DNA of 64,000 bases from Candidatus Culexmicrobium cathedralense (GCA_025061115.1 JANZKC010000001.1:736001-800000), one strand, 5' to 3'. Numbered from the stretch's first letter, positions 1-10,057 are shown. Translations and numbers: made by a program. Notes: generated by a model not told the origin, from the sequence alone.

Positions 1-319
1 TCATAATAATGTAGTATATTGTTGCCATGTACGTGATTGCGGTTATTAGGATTAATGCTTGGCTTTTTACTAGGTATTTGTATGCCAGTGTATCTATGTA
101 GCTCATGTTGGATAGTGCTTCTAGTGGGCCGGGCTCAGTTGGCCAGGGGAAAATTGTTCCCGGCGGGCTAGTTCTCCAGTATACTTGGGATTCTTTAGTG
201 TCTTCATAGATGTGGTGAATTATGCTGTACAATTTAATGGTGAAGGCTGTAGTGTAGATCACGCATATTAAAAGTGCAGTTAAAGTGGTTAAAGTAATTA
301 TTGACTTTGAGAATTTCAT
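1..319 (-). CDS. Partial small membrane protein (runs off the window start; not in the ORF track)
   Basis: Manual translation from ATG at 319 gives MKFSKSIITLTTLTALLICVIYTTAF...QALILITAITYMATIYYIIM, open to position 1. It has two hydrophobic segments and a GGAG just upstream. Confidence 0.65.
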   Translation of the reverse strand, partial: MKFSKSIITLTTLTALLICVIYTTAFTIKLYSIIHHIYEDTKESQVYWRTSPPGTIFPWPTEPGPLEALSNMSYIDTLAYKYLVKSQALILITAITYMATIYYIIM

Positions 320-398
320 GAGCTACTTCTCCTATGGTATTTGTATTGAGTTCCTATTATATTATTGTTTGTGTATTTTGTATTTGGTTGGTGGTTTT

Positions 399-1406
399 AT
401 GGTTGTTTCTTTTGTTTTGAGGAGGTTGGGGTGGAGGGAGGAGGTTGTTCATTCGCCTAGGGGTTTGGTTAAGGATGAGTGTTATTTGGGGAGGGGTGTT
501 GATGTATTAAATGTGTATGAGCGTTGTGGGCATGCGTGTTGTTATTGTTATGCTGAGTGGCCTTGGAGTCCTGGTAGCGTGGTTGTTAGGGTTAATGTTG
601 TTGAGAGGGCTAGGCGGGATTTGGTTAAGCGGTATTTGGGGAGGAGAGTTGTTATTAATTTGGGCTCTGCAGTTGATCCGTATCAGCCTATTGAGAGCAA
701 GTTTAAGTTGACTCGTAGAGTTATTGGGCTTCTCATGAGGTTTAATGCTTCCTTCTACATTTGTACTAAGTCGAGCCTTGTTTGTAGGGATTTGGATCTG
801 CTGAGTGGGTATGAGAATTGTTGGGTTGGCGTTACGGTTACTAGTTTGAATCCGGACTTTCAGAGGGTTTTTGAGCCTTATGCTGCTAGTCCTGAGGAGA
901 GGCTGCGCGTTATTGAGAGGCTTGTTGAAGCTGGCGTGATGGTTATCGCCCGCATATCGCCAATTATTCCTGGAGTTAATGATTCTGCAGAGGAGTTGAG
1001 GAGGCTTGTCAGCGAGCTGAGGAGTGTGGGTGTGCAGTATTTTACTGCTGATGTTTTGAAGTTGGATAGGAGAGGCTACGTGCTTTATGGCTGGAGTGGA
1101 ATGCCTAATTGGAAGAGGCCATTGATTATGGCTTTGGAGGAGTGGGGTGGAAAGAATCTTGTTGAAAAAATTGCTAACATGTACTATAGGGATGGCGAAG
1201 TTCTCTATGGATATGTCGTTCCAAGAGAAGCTGAAAGGCTGAGAATTTTAAGTAGTGTTAAGGCTTTCTGTGGAGAAGCAAAGTTTACGACTTGTAATAT
1301 GGGGATTGAAATTAAGAGGAGGCTGACCAACTGGATTGGAAGTGAAGGAGAGTTCATGTGTGCATGCTACGCCAGGAAGCCAACTGAAATACGTTTGAGT
1401 AAGTAA
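399..1406 (+). CDS. Radical SAM protein, spore photoproduct lyase (SPL)-like family
   Basis: CxxxCxxC (CGHACCYCYA) plus DPYQPIE, CTKS and FEP..SPEERL motifs. Start moved to ATG 399 after GGTGG because 285-319 overlaps the divergent gene. Confidence 0.8.
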   Translation: MVVSFVLRRLGWREEVVHSPRGLVKDECYLGRGVDVLNVYERCGHACCYCYAEWPWSPGSVVVRVNVVERARRDLVKRYLGRRVVINLGSAVDPYQPIESKFKLTRRVIGLLMRFNASFYICTKSSLVCRDLDLLSGYENCWVGVTVTSLNPDFQRVFEPYAASPEERLRVIERLVEAGVMVIARISPIIPGVNDSAEELRRLVSELRSVGVQYFTADVLKLDRRGYVLYGWSGMPNWKRPLIMALEEWGGKNLVEKIANMYYRDGEVLYGYVVPREAERLRILSSVKAFCGEAKFTTCNMGIEIKRRLTNWIGSEGEFMCACYARKPTEIRLSK

Positions 1407-1443
1407 GCATAAATTAGGTCATGACTAAGATTAGAATCGGAGG

Positions 1444-2838
1444 ATGCAGGTGGCCGACATGGAGAAGCTATTCGGAACAAATGGCATAAGAGGCCGCTTT
1501 GGATTCGAGCTTACAGTAGATTTTGCAGTTAAGGTTGCACTTGCAATTGGAACCTACTTCAATCAGGGAGATGTACTTGTTGGATGCGATGGGAGAGTGA
1601 GCGGCCCAGCTCTCAAGGGGGCAGTTATCAGTGGACTTCTCGCATCTGGATGCAATGTTGTAGATGCTGGAATGCTGCCTACCCCCGCCCTTCAATTTGG
1701 AGTTAAGAAATTCAAGTATGATGGAGGAGTCATGATAACTGCAAGCCATAATCCTCCGGAATTCAATGGAATAAAGGTCGTGGGTCCTGATGGAATTGAA
1801 GTTCCCAGAAGCGAGGAAGTGAAGATTGAAAGCATATTTTTTGAGGAGAAGTTTAGGAGAGCAGCGTGGAATGAAGTTGGGAGAATTAAAGAGGCGCCAA
1901 ACATAATTTCAGAGTACATTGATGCGGTAGTTAGCCACGTCAATGCTAGGCGAATAGCTGCCCAAAACTTCAAGGTGATCGTGGACCCAGGAAATGGAGT
2001 GTCAACCTTAACTGTACCGGAAGTTTTGAGCAGGCTTGGATGCCGAATACTTCCAGTAAATGACGCTATAGATGGGCGCTTTCCTGGCCGTGGAGCCGAG
2101 CCCACGCCAGCCGCCCTAACTGGCATTGCAAAAGTAGTTAAGATGTCAGGAGCAGACTTGGGAGCATCATATGATGGAGATGGAGATAGAGCAATATTCA
2201 CAGATGAACTTGGAGTAGTGCATTGGGGAGATAAGAGCGGCGCCATAATTGAAAAGCACTTGCTCAAGAGGGCTGGCGGAGGAATTATCGTGACGCCGGT
2301 GAGCTCATCGAAGTTGATTGAGGAGGTGGCAATAGCTCACGGAGGAAAGGTTGTCTGGACCAAGGTTGGAAGCGTAACTGTATCCCACGTCCTGAAGAAA
2401 GTCAATGGCCTTCTTGGAATCGAGGAAAACGGCGGCGTTTTCTACCCACCGCACCAGCCAGTTAGAGATGGAGCCATGACAACAGCGCTAATCCTCGAAA
2501 TAATGGCTGAGAGAAGCGAAAAGCTGTCGAAGCTAGTTGATGAACTCCCGAAGTACTATAATGTGAAGGAGAAAATTTCATGTCCAAACAACTTGAAGAG
2601 AAGCGTCATCGAAAAAGTAGCGGCAATTGTAAGGGAGGAGGGAGAGGCCGTGAAAATCGAAACCATCGACGGAGTTAAGGTGTGGATTGACAATAACACT
2701 TGGGTTTTAATTAGAGCATCAGGCACGGAGCCCATAATAAGAGTATACGCTGAAGCTAAGAAGAGGAAAAGGGCGGAGGAAATCGCGGAGGCCTATAAGA
2801 GCAAGGTAGCGCATATTGTAAAATCGATTGGAGGATAA
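1444..2838 (+). CDS. glmM: Phosphohexomutase (phosphoglucosamine/phosphomannomutase)
   Basis: FGTNGIRG, TASHNP, DGDGDR and RASGTEP motifs. Confidence 0.9.
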   Translation: MQVADMEKLFGTNGIRGRFGFELTVDFAVKVALAIGTYFNQGDVLVGCDGRVSGPALKGAVISGLLASGCNVVDAGMLPTPALQFGVKKFKYDGGVMITASHNPPEFNGIKVVGPDGIEVPRSEEVKIESIFFEEKFRRAAWNEVGRIKEAPNIISEYIDAVVSHVNARRIAAQNFKVIVDPGNGVSTLTVPEVLSRLGCRILPVNDAIDGRFPGRGAEPTPAALTGIAKVVKMSGADLGASYDGDGDRAIFTDELGVVHWGDKSGAIIEKHLLKRAGGGIIVTPVSSSKLIEEVAIAHGGKVVWTKVGSVTVSHVLKKVNGLLGIEENGGVFYPPHQPVRDGAMTTALILEIMAERSEKLSKLVDELPKYYNVKEKISCPNNLKRSVIEKVAAIVREEGEAVKIETIDGVKVWIDNNTWVLIRASGTEPIIRVYAEAKKRKRAEEIAEAYKSKVAHIVKSIGG

Positions 2839-2841
2839 TTA

Positions 2842-3792
2842 TTGGCTGAAAAGCTTCTTAAAGCTGTAAAGTTCGACTGGTTCGACCAACTGGACAATCT
2901 AGCTGAAATAGCGTTAGGCTCACTTAACCGCATAAGCATAGTAGCAGAAGGTGGAGGATATGCATCTGCCATATCGGCAGTTGCATCATTCAAATCCCTA
3001 TTAGGAGTAAATGTTGGGTGCTTCCACCCACGCGAATACTCTACCTACGCTGCGCCCTACGTGAATGAAGATGAGCTAGTAATATTTCTAACGAGGGGAA
3101 GCCCCTTACCCCCGCGAATTCTGCATTCCATCAGAACATGCAGCATAATGAACTTGAAAACAGCACTAGTAGTTGCTGGAGAGCTGCTTGAGGAAGATGA
3201 GGATGTTCTCGGCTACATAGAAGCGCTAGTAGAGCTAAACGCCCCCCGAGATAATTTAGCGGCGGTTCATTTCATTGCATCCACGTCGGTTCTAATAAGC
3301 CTCGCAGCTGAAATTGCTATGCGAACAATGCAGAATCCAAGGGCGCAGGAAATACTTAATGAATTGGAAAGGCTGAGTAGGGAAGTTGAAGTTGATGAAG
3401 ATATGGAAAGCGCTGCCGCCAAAATCATCAGTGAAGCAGCGAGTAGAAGTAGAGTGTACGTCTACGCAGGACCGACGCTTTACGGACTGGCATTAAAGAT
3501 CTGCAGAGACATGAACTTGAATTCGGAGAGAACATTCATTCCATGCAGAATTGAAGAGCACCCCTACATAACTAGAGGATTAAGGAAGGGAGATTACGCC
3601 TTAATACTTAAAACCGAACTTGAGGAAAAATCCGCTAGGGAGCTATTGAACTTCCTGAAGATAAGGGGAATCGACAACTCAGCGCTGGAATTTAAGGGGG
3701 AGCCGCTCCTAGCCCCCATAGGCCTTGGAGCAGTAATTCTCCAAAAACTAACGCACCTAATCCAACCTGCAAGCGCGGAGGATGTATGGTAG
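2842..3792 (+). CDS. Divergent double SIS-domain (sugar isomerase-like) protein
   Basis: Alpha/beta pattern with GGGYASA and VYVYAGPTLYGLA, resembling GlmS/PGI-PMI SIS domains; lies directly after the phosphohexomutase. Confidence 0.5.
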   Translation: MAEKLLKAVKFDWFDQLDNLAEIALGSLNRISIVAEGGGYASAISAVASFKSLLGVNVGCFHPREYSTYAAPYVNEDELVIFLTRGSPLPPRILHSIRTCSIMNLKTALVVAGELLEEDEDVLGYIEALVELNAPRDNLAAVHFIASTSVLISLAAEIAMRTMQNPRAQEILNELERLSREVEVDEDMESAAAKIISEAASRSRVYVYAGPTLYGLALKICRDMNLNSERTFIPCRIEEHPYITRGLRKGDYALILKTELEEKSARELLNFLKIRGIDNSALEFKGEPLLAPIGLGAVILQKLTHLIQPASAEDVW

Positions 3793-3801
3793 GTGTAAGA
3801 G

Positions 3802-4584
3802 TTGCTGCGCAAAATACTCGAAGTCCTAGGCATCTACAAGATCTACGAGAAGTGGCTTTGGCGGCAGATTAAGCGCGGAGAGAAGCCAGAGCACGTAGCC
3901 ATAATTTTGGATGGAAATAGAAGGTGGGCGAAGATTAGGGGGCTGCCCCCCTGGGCCGGCCATGAAGAGGGAGCCAAGAAAGTTGAAAACCTACTTAGAT
4001 GGTGCTTCGACTCGGGAATAAGAACCCTAACAATCTACGTATTCTCAACCGAAAACTTCCAGAGGCCAAGGGAGGAAGTAGAGGCGATCATGAACCTAGC
4101 CAAGAAGTACATTCAAAGAGCCATGGCGAGCAAGGAGATCCACGACTACCAAGTCAGAGTAAAGGCTATTGGAAAGCTAGAACTACTTCCAGAGGACTTG
4201 AGAGAGGAAATTAGGAAGCTGGAAGAGGCAACCAAGAACTACAGCAAGCACTACCTAAACATTGCAATTGCATATGGCGGTAGAAGCGAAATCATCGACG
4301 CAGTAAAGCGAATAGCAGAAAAAATCAAGTCAGGCGAACTGGACACCCAAGATATTACGGAGGAAGTGTTCGAGAAGCACCTCTACACAGCCCACCTGCC
4401 GAACCCCAATCCAGACCTCATAATTAGAACCAGCGGAGAAGAGCGGCTGAGCGGATTCCTCCTATGGCAATCAGCATACAGTGAACTCATATTCTTAGAC
4501 GTTTACTGGCCGGACTTCAGGAAAATAGACCTTTGGAGGGCAATAAGGACATACCAGAAGCGCGAAAGAAGATTTGGAAGGTGA
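3802..4584 (+). CDS. uppS: cis-prenyltransferase (polyprenyl diphosphate synthase)
   Basis: HVAIILDGNRRWA, FSTENF, YGGR and IRTSGEERLSGFLLWQ motifs. Confidence 0.95.
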   Translation: MLRKILEVLGIYKIYEKWLWRQIKRGEKPEHVAIILDGNRRWAKIRGLPPWAGHEEGAKKVENLLRWCFDSGIRTLTIYVFSTENFQRPREEVEAIMNLAKKYIQRAMASKEIHDYQVRVKAIGKLELLPEDLREEIRKLEEATKNYSKHYLNIAIAYGGRSEIIDAVKRIAEKIKSGELDTQDITEEVFEKHLYTAHLPNPNPDLIIRTSGEERLSGFLLWQSAYSELIFLDVYWPDFRKIDLWRAIRTYQKRERRFGR

Positions 4585-5638
4585 CCGCGTATTGGAAAGC
4601 CTCCCAAAGGTCTCAGTGATAATTCCAGTTAGAAACTGCGAAGAAACCATAGAAGACCTCCTCATATCTCTGATGAACGTAGATTACCCCAAGGACAGAG
4701 TGGAAGTGATACTGGTCGACGGGCAATCCACCGACAACACCGTCAGCATAGCATCCAAATATCCAATAAAGATACTGCAAGAGCCAGGGCTCGGACCAAA
4801 CTACGCTAGGAAAATTGGAGTTGAAGCATCAACTGGAGAGATACTTGCCTTCACCGATGGAGACTGCATAGTGCCTAAGCACTGGATCAAAATCATCGTT
4901 GAAAACCTTTCAAGCCCGGAGGTGGGCTGTGTAGGAGGAAGCGTATATGCAGACAAGTCAATCAGAAACAACATCTTCGCAAGCTACGCTGACAAGTCAG
5001 TGATGCGCGTAATGCCGCTCGCAAAGAAAAGGGAAGTGCTAAGCGAGCCGGAAGTTTTCAAGCACCTGGCATTCTGCAACATGGCGATAAAGAGAGAAGC
5101 TCTAACTAAGATTGGGGGGCTGGACACCTCGCTGAAGACGTTCGAAGACGTTGACACGGTGCAGAGCATATGCGAAGTAGGGTACAAAATGATATTGGAC
5201 CCCAAAATGTACGTTTGGCATAAGCACAGGCAAACGCTAAGAGGTATTTTAAAGCAAACGCACGCCTACGGAATGGGCGGCCCCAAATTCAGGAAAAAGC
5301 ACCCTAAAAGCAAGATAGCTAAGTTCTATAGAGTGGGTTTAACTGCATTTTACATCTTCATGCTAATTCTAGCCTTAGGGCTCGCCGCCTCACTAACTAC
5401 TGGAAACCTAACCCCCCTACTGGCAGCCTTCTCCCCATTCATAATCGGGTATTTAGCTGGATTCGCCTACTACGCGTGGAAGGGAAATGGGTTGAAGGCC
5501 TCGCTGCTATATCCAATGATCGACGCTCTAAGGATATTCGCATTTTGCATTGGCGACTTAAAAGCATCCCTAATGGAAGCTAAAAAAGAAAATACGTTGA
5601 GTTCTAGGTTTCCGACAAATTCCAAGGCTTACCGCTAA
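4574..5638 (+). CDS. GT2 family glycosyltransferase with C-terminal TM helices
   Basis: VSVIIP, VDGQSTDNT, FTDGDC and FEDVD motifs; hydrophobic C-terminus. Confidence 0.9.
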   Translation: MEGDRVLESLPKVSVIIPVRNCEETIEDLLISLMNVDYPKDRVEVILVDGQSTDNTVSIASKYPIKILQEPGLGPNYARKIGVEASTGEILAFTDGDCIVPKHWIKIIVENLSSPEVGCVGGSVYADKSIRNNIFASYADKSVMRVMPLAKKREVLSEPEVFKHLAFCNMAIKREALTKIGGLDTSLKTFEDVDTVQSICEVGYKMILDPKMYVWHKHRQTLRGILKQTHAYGMGGPKFRKKHPKSKIAKFYRVGLTAFYIFMLILALGLAASLTTGNLTPLLAAFSPFIIGYLAGFAYYAWKGNGLKASLLYPMIDALRIFAFCIGDLKASLMEAKKENTLSSRFPTNSKAYR

Positions 5639-5999
5639 CTAGCACTTCCTCCGGTATCTTCTCCCTATAGCGTTTCAGGAAGGCGAGATCCTCATTCTTG
5701 TTTCTCAACTCGTCGGGAAGCATGTGAGGTATCTCCTCAATTATGGGGTACCACCTATTGCAATTACCGCATATTAAAAGTCCTTCAGCAACTTCTCGCT
5801 GAAGGCAGGACGAGCAATCCAAAGCAGCCTCCTTCAGCTCTGAAATAAACTTGCCTAAAAGGCCGCAGTACTCCTCACATACAATCTTCTTCTCCAACTC
5901 TACATTGTAGGAATACTGATTCTCGCTGAAAACTATTAGTTTGAGAGGAAAGCTCTTGCAGATTGGGCAAGCTAATATGTCTAGAAGCCTATACTTCAT
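5604..5999 (-). CDS. trm112: Trm112 family methyltransferase activator
   Basis: LLDILACPICK...LICGNCNRWYPIIEEIPHML. Confidence 0.9.
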   Translation of the reverse strand: MKYRLLDILACPICKSFPLKLIVFSENQYSYNVELEKKIVCEEYCGLLGKFISELKEAALDCSSCLQREVAEGLLICGNCNRWYPIIEEIPHMLPDELRNKNEDLAFLKRYREKIPEEVLVSGKPWNLSET

Positions 6000-6051
6000 T
6001 TAGCACCCCACAACAGATTCTAGTTAGGGCAATTTAAGCTATTCGATGCAA

Positions 6052-6456
6052 TTAAAGGACAACGTGTATTTGCCTAACCTCATTTGGATCTAAACTCAAC
6101 CTCACAACGATCACGTAGTTGCTTTTAACTTCATATTCAAGCCTACTGCCAGTTTTACCGTCTATCACCTGAGTTATACGTGAAACAGGCACACCTTGAC
6201 CGCTCAAATCTATTTCAACATTAGCTACAACTGCCGCCGACCGATCATTTTTAACTTCAAATATCAAGCATATGCGGTAAGCGCCCGAAAACGCGTGAAC
6301 GTGTGCCCCCTTATACTTAGCTTTCAAGTTAACTACGTTCAGTGGCTGAAGGAAGTAGATCGATAAGCCGATAATCGCCATGGAAATTATAGCCGCAGCA
6401 AATAGCTTGAGAATTAATCCACGCTTCCTCTTCACTTTAGGCATTGCAACCACCAC
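6052..6456 (-). CDS. Membrane-anchored hypothetical protein
   Basis: Basic N-terminus, one TM helix, then a beta-rich domain. Confidence 0.65.
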   Translation of the reverse strand: MVVAMPKVKRKRGLILKLFAAAIISMAIIGLSIYFLQPLNVVNLKAKYKGAHVHAFSGAYRICLIFEVKNDRSAAVVANVEIDLSGQGVPVSRITQVIDGKTGSRLEYEVKSNYVIVVRLSLDPNEVRQIHVVL

Positions 6457-6859
6457 CTAGGAGTTTAGCGCACTTGGATAAGTGGCGAGCCAGCCTAATA
6501 ACTTCAGTTGATATCTCGAATACCTTACCTTTCTCAATTACATAGTGCATTATCGGCGTCCGCTCATCCAATACTCGCTTAATGTGCTCCCCAATGAAGT
6601 GTAGCTGAATGCAGTGCGGAGAGCCGTCCACCGTCAAGATAACTAGTTCCCTTATCCCTGAAAGCTTAACTATACTCAGAATTTTGAATCCAACCTTGTT
6701 CATGTGAATTAATTCCATGCAGACGCCAAGCGGCACTCGCCCATTTGAGAACTCTCTCAGGATTTCCGGGCACTCCTGCTCTATGCACTTACTGTAAACT
6801 AGGAGGCTTGCGCCGCTAAGCATTTTACTTTTAACGCTTGTCGAGAGAAGCTCAGACAT
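6437..6859 (-). CDS. Cys-containing protein resembling the domain often fused to 4Fe-4S ferredoxins
   Basis: LLVYSKC...VCME...TVDGSPHCIQLH pattern. Confidence 0.5.
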   Translation of the reverse strand: MSELLSTSVKSKMLSGASLLVYSKCIEQECPEILREFSNGRVPLGVCMELIHMNKVGFKILSIVKLSGIRELVILTVDGSPHCIQLHFIGEHIKRVLDERTPIMHYVIEKGKVFEISTEVIRLARHLSKCAKLLGGGCNA

Positions 6860-6906
6860 GATTAATCCCGCAAAGCATTATGCCGTAAAGCGCAATAACA
6901 TTTACT

Positions 6907-7530
6907 GTGGTGGAGTCATTGAACCTCAACATAGTACTGGCTTCGGCATCGCCGCGTAGAAGAGAAATTTTAGAGAGAGTATTGGGCAGGAGAGTTCAAG
7001 TCGTAGTTCCAAAGGTTGTTGAAGAAGTAAATGAGAAGTTGAGTCCAATTGAGAAAGCTAAGAAACTAGCTCTAAAAAAGGCGGAGTATGTTGCCAATAA
7101 AGTTAAAAGCGGAGTTATAGTTGCGGGAGACACCATAGTTGTCGTCGAAGGCGAAGTTCTTGGTAAGCCCAAGGATGAAATTGAAGCCATCAAAATGCTT
7201 ACGAAGCTGAGCGGCAAGGAGCACACCGTGATCACTGGCATTGCAGTTATAAATGCAGACACAGGCGAAAAGTTGGTGGATGCAGTTGAAACGAGAGTTT
7301 ACATGAGAAAAATGACAAGAAAAGAAATAGAGATGTACGTGAAAAGCCGCGAGCCCTTCGGGAAGGCTGGGGGATATGCTATTCAAGGGCTAGGTGCTCT
7401 ATTAATAGATAAAATTGATGGATGCTTCTTTAACGTCGTAGGCCTACCAATATCAAAGCTCTATGAAATGCTGAAGCAAGTAGGAGTAAACTTGCTTGAA
7501 GCAGCCCTTAGAGGGAGGAGAGGTGAATAA
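6907..7530 (+). CDS. maf: Maf-family nucleoside triphosphate pyrophosphatase
   Basis: LASASPRRREIL, GDTIV, LGKP and KAGGYAIQG motifs. Confidence 0.93.
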   Translation: MVESLNLNIVLASASPRRREILERVLGRRVQVVVPKVVEEVNEKLSPIEKAKKLALKKAEYVANKVKSGVIVAGDTIVVVEGEVLGKPKDEIEAIKMLTKLSGKEHTVITGIAVINADTGEKLVDAVETRVYMRKMTRKEIEMYVKSREPFGKAGGYAIQGLGALLIDKIDGCFFNVVGLPISKLYEMLKQVGVNLLEAALRGRRGE

Positions 7531-8320
7531 GCTTCGCAGCTTCAAAATTCATGAAATCTACTCAACCATGAGGCTGCCTCCAACCACTCCATTCATAGTT
7601 AGGTGCGACGGGCGGAACTTCAGAAGCCTCTGTAGCAGGCTGGGTTTCAAGAAGCCATTTGACGAAGACTTTGCTAAAATCATGGTGGCTGCTGCAAAGG
7701 CAGTCTTCAACTCAGGCTTTAACCCCACCCTAGCGTACATTCAATCAGATGAAATCAGCTATCTATTCACCAAAGAGCAAATATTTAACAGAAGACTTGA
7801 AAAAATTCTGTCCATAATTCCAAGCTTAATTAGCAGTAGATTTACTCTTGAACTATCGAAGATTAAGGGGGTAGAGGAAGTAGCTGCATTTGATGCTAGA
7901 ATAGTTGCTTTAGCGGAAAGCGACATCGTTGACTACTTTGCTTGGAGGCAGATGGAGGCCTGGAGAAATCACATAAACGCGTATGCCCTCCACGCTCTAA
8001 TCAAGAGGGGGATGACGACAAGTCAAGCAGCAAAAAAGCTGTATAAAATGAAGTCTCCGGAGCTTCACGACTTAGTCATGAAGGAGCTTAACGTAAACTT
8101 GGCGAAGACACCTGCATGGCAGAGAAGAGGCATAGTGTTGAGGTGGCGCGTCGTAGAGAAGCAGGGAATAAATCCAGTTACTGGTGAAGCCTCACTCACT
8201 ATTAGGAGGTGCTTAACTGAAGATTGGGATCCGCCGCTCTTCACCTCACCCGAGGGAAGGAAGTACCTTGAAGAGGCGATTTTAGCAGCCGAAAAAGAAA
8301 TCAGCAATACAAGGGATTAG
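7523..8320 (+). CDS. thg1: tRNA(His) guanylyltransferase / Thg1-like 3'-5' polymerase
   Basis: VRCDGRNF, QSDEIS, FDAR and WRQ..AWRN motifs; probable GTG start at 7523 after GGAGG. Confidence 0.9.
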   Translation: MNKLRSFKIHEIYSTMRLPPTTPFIVRCDGRNFRSLCSRLGFKKPFDEDFAKIMVAAAKAVFNSGFNPTLAYIQSDEISYLFTKEQIFNRRLEKILSIIPSLISSRFTLELSKIKGVEEVAAFDARIVALAESDIVDYFAWRQMEAWRNHINAYALHALIKRGMTTSQAAKKLYKMKSPELHDLVMKELNVNLAKTPAWQRRGIVLRWRVVEKQGINPVTGEASLTIRRCLTEDWDPPLFTSPEGRKYLEEAILAAEKEISNTRD

Positions 8321-8329
8321 ATTCATGAG

Positions 8330-9451
8330 TTGGGAATTATGTACTATGCTTTACGTCCAGATTCATTATTAGTTTGGAGGAATGAGGAAGTTAGAGATAG
8401 GCTTTCATGGTACTATGAAGTTATGAGAGATAGGAAGCCTGCGAAGTACTTAATTTGCAAGAGAATACCAGTGGAAGTCAACTTAATTGAGGCTAGCGAG
8501 AAGGAATTGTGGAGCGAGCATGCGCGAGCAGCCGAGAACTTCAGGAAAGTTTTCGACGATATAGTTGAGGGAAAGAAGGAGCTTAACAGCTTACCTAAGC
8601 CCAAAGTGAGCTTTCTGGAATTAAAAATTGAGCTGGTTAAGAGGATGCTAACCCACTGCAACTTCTGCGAGAGGAGATGTGGAGTTAATAGGGCTAAGGG
8701 GGAGAAGGGCTTCTGCAGATTAAACTCCAAATCCTACGTGACATCATGGTTCCACCACTGGGGAGAAGAGGCGCCCCTAGTACCTAGCGGCACCATATTC
8801 TTCGGCTCATGCAACTTCAGATGTGCCTTCTGCCAAAACTACGACATAAGCCAGCTAAATCCATATGGAGGAATACAGGTTAATCCGGAGGAGCTTGCGA
8901 AAATCCAAGCAACATTGCGAAGGGAGGGCGTGAGGAACATCAATTACGTAGGGGGAGAGCCAACGCCAAATCTCCATACCATAATTGAGTCCCTGCGCTA
9001 TCTCGACGTAAATGTCCCCCTACTCTGGAACAGCAACATGTACTGCAGCGTGGAAACGGTAACCATACTTTTAGAGGTAATAGACATTGCTCTTCCAGAC
9101 TTCAAGTACGGCGATAACTCCTGTGCCAAGCGCCTATCAGCCGTAGACAACTACTTCGAAGTTGTTTCTAGAAATCACAAGATGATGCACGACTACGGAA
9201 TAGACATGATAATCAGGCACCTAGTAATGCCAAATCACGTAGAGTGCTGCACCAAACCGATTTTGAAGTGGATAGCTGAAAACCTTCCAAGAGCGCTGGT
9301 CAACATCATGGGGCAGTATAGGCCTGAATACCTAGTTGCATGGGAGCCGGAAAGATATCCAGACATAGCGAGAAGGCCAACGCGCGAGGAAATGGAGCTT
9401 TCCTTTAAATACGCTGACGAGCTTGGAATATGCTATAAGCCAGTTTCTTAA
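8330..9451 (+). CDS. Radical SAM protein, PflX (PFL-activase-like) family
   Basis: CNFCERRC, CNFRCAFCQN, GGEPTP, PDFKYG and RHLVMP motifs. Confidence 0.85.
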   Translation: MGIMYYALRPDSLLVWRNEEVRDRLSWYYEVMRDRKPAKYLICKRIPVEVNLIEASEKELWSEHARAAENFRKVFDDIVEGKKELNSLPKPKVSFLELKIELVKRMLTHCNFCERRCGVNRAKGEKGFCRLNSKSYVTSWFHHWGEEAPLVPSGTIFFGSCNFRCAFCQNYDISQLNPYGGIQVNPEELAKIQATLRREGVRNINYVGGEPTPNLHTIIESLRYLDVNVPLLWNSNMYCSVETVTILLEVIDIALPDFKYGDNSCAKRLSAVDNYFEVVSRNHKMMHDYGIDMIIRHLVMPNHVECCTKPILKWIAENLPRALVNIMGQYRPEYLVAWEPERYPDIARRPTREEMELSFKYADELGICYKPVS

Positions 9452-10035
9452 ATTCTTAGAATTTCAAATGCCAATTTCTCGCTTGAATCCGGAAGGCATG
9501 TCCCCTCACATGAGAAAGCTAGCAATTTCGGCTTTAACTGGCAGAGCCTATTCTCTCTAACCCAGAAAATTGCGTTGGACAACTTTGCAACTACATGATG
9601 AAAGTATGGTAGGGGGCGCCAGCGCCCTCTAATGTAAGTGCATTTAATTGGGGCGACTAAAATCAACCTGTCAACGCCGCAGGAAAATGCGATTGTTGTA
9701 AGAACCTTAAGCTCTCTAAAAACTAGTCTAGACATTGCAGCCCACCTAGCTTTAACCGCATACCCCCTAGCGATTGGAGGAAAGCGCCTTGACATTGAAA
9801 GGTATCGGCGGAAGGCATTATAAAAAATGCATTTAACCTTTGAGAAAACGCTTGATAAACTGTACAAGTAGCTTATTGAGGGCTCGACAACTTCCAGGAT
9901 GAAGGCATCCTCCCCAGCCATGGCGAATGGAGGGCTGTCAACTATTAGTAAGCTGGGCTTCCATTTGCAGGCCAATGCTCCAACTACCCTCTCGAGCTTT
10001 GAGCCATACATCGTCACAACTTTCCAGCTGTTCAA
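9448..10035 (-). CDS. Hypothetical protein, probable inactive RecA/Rad51-fold paralog
   Basis: Segment order follows the RecA core (VVTMYG without GKT, LLIVDS, CIFYNAF, LTTIAFSCGVDRLILV, PLPYFHHVVAKLS); read by eye only. Confidence 0.5.
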   Translation of the reverse strand: MNSWKVVTMYGSKLERVVGALACKWKPSLLIVDSPPFAMAGEDAFILEVVEPSISYLYSLSSVFSKVKCIFYNAFRRYLSMSRRFPPIARGYAVKARWAAMSRLVFRELKVLTTIAFSCGVDRLILVAPIKCTYIRGRWRPLPYFHHVVAKLSNAIFWVRENRLCQLKPKLLAFSCEGTCLPDSSEKLAFEILRI

Positions 10036-10057
10036 CTCAATTTGACACTTGAGCGCG

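Noticed and set aside
285-398. Hydrophobic N-terminal extension of the radical SAM ORF
   Set aside because: Overlaps the divergent gene start and the promoter gap; ATG 399 has a ribosome-binding site.
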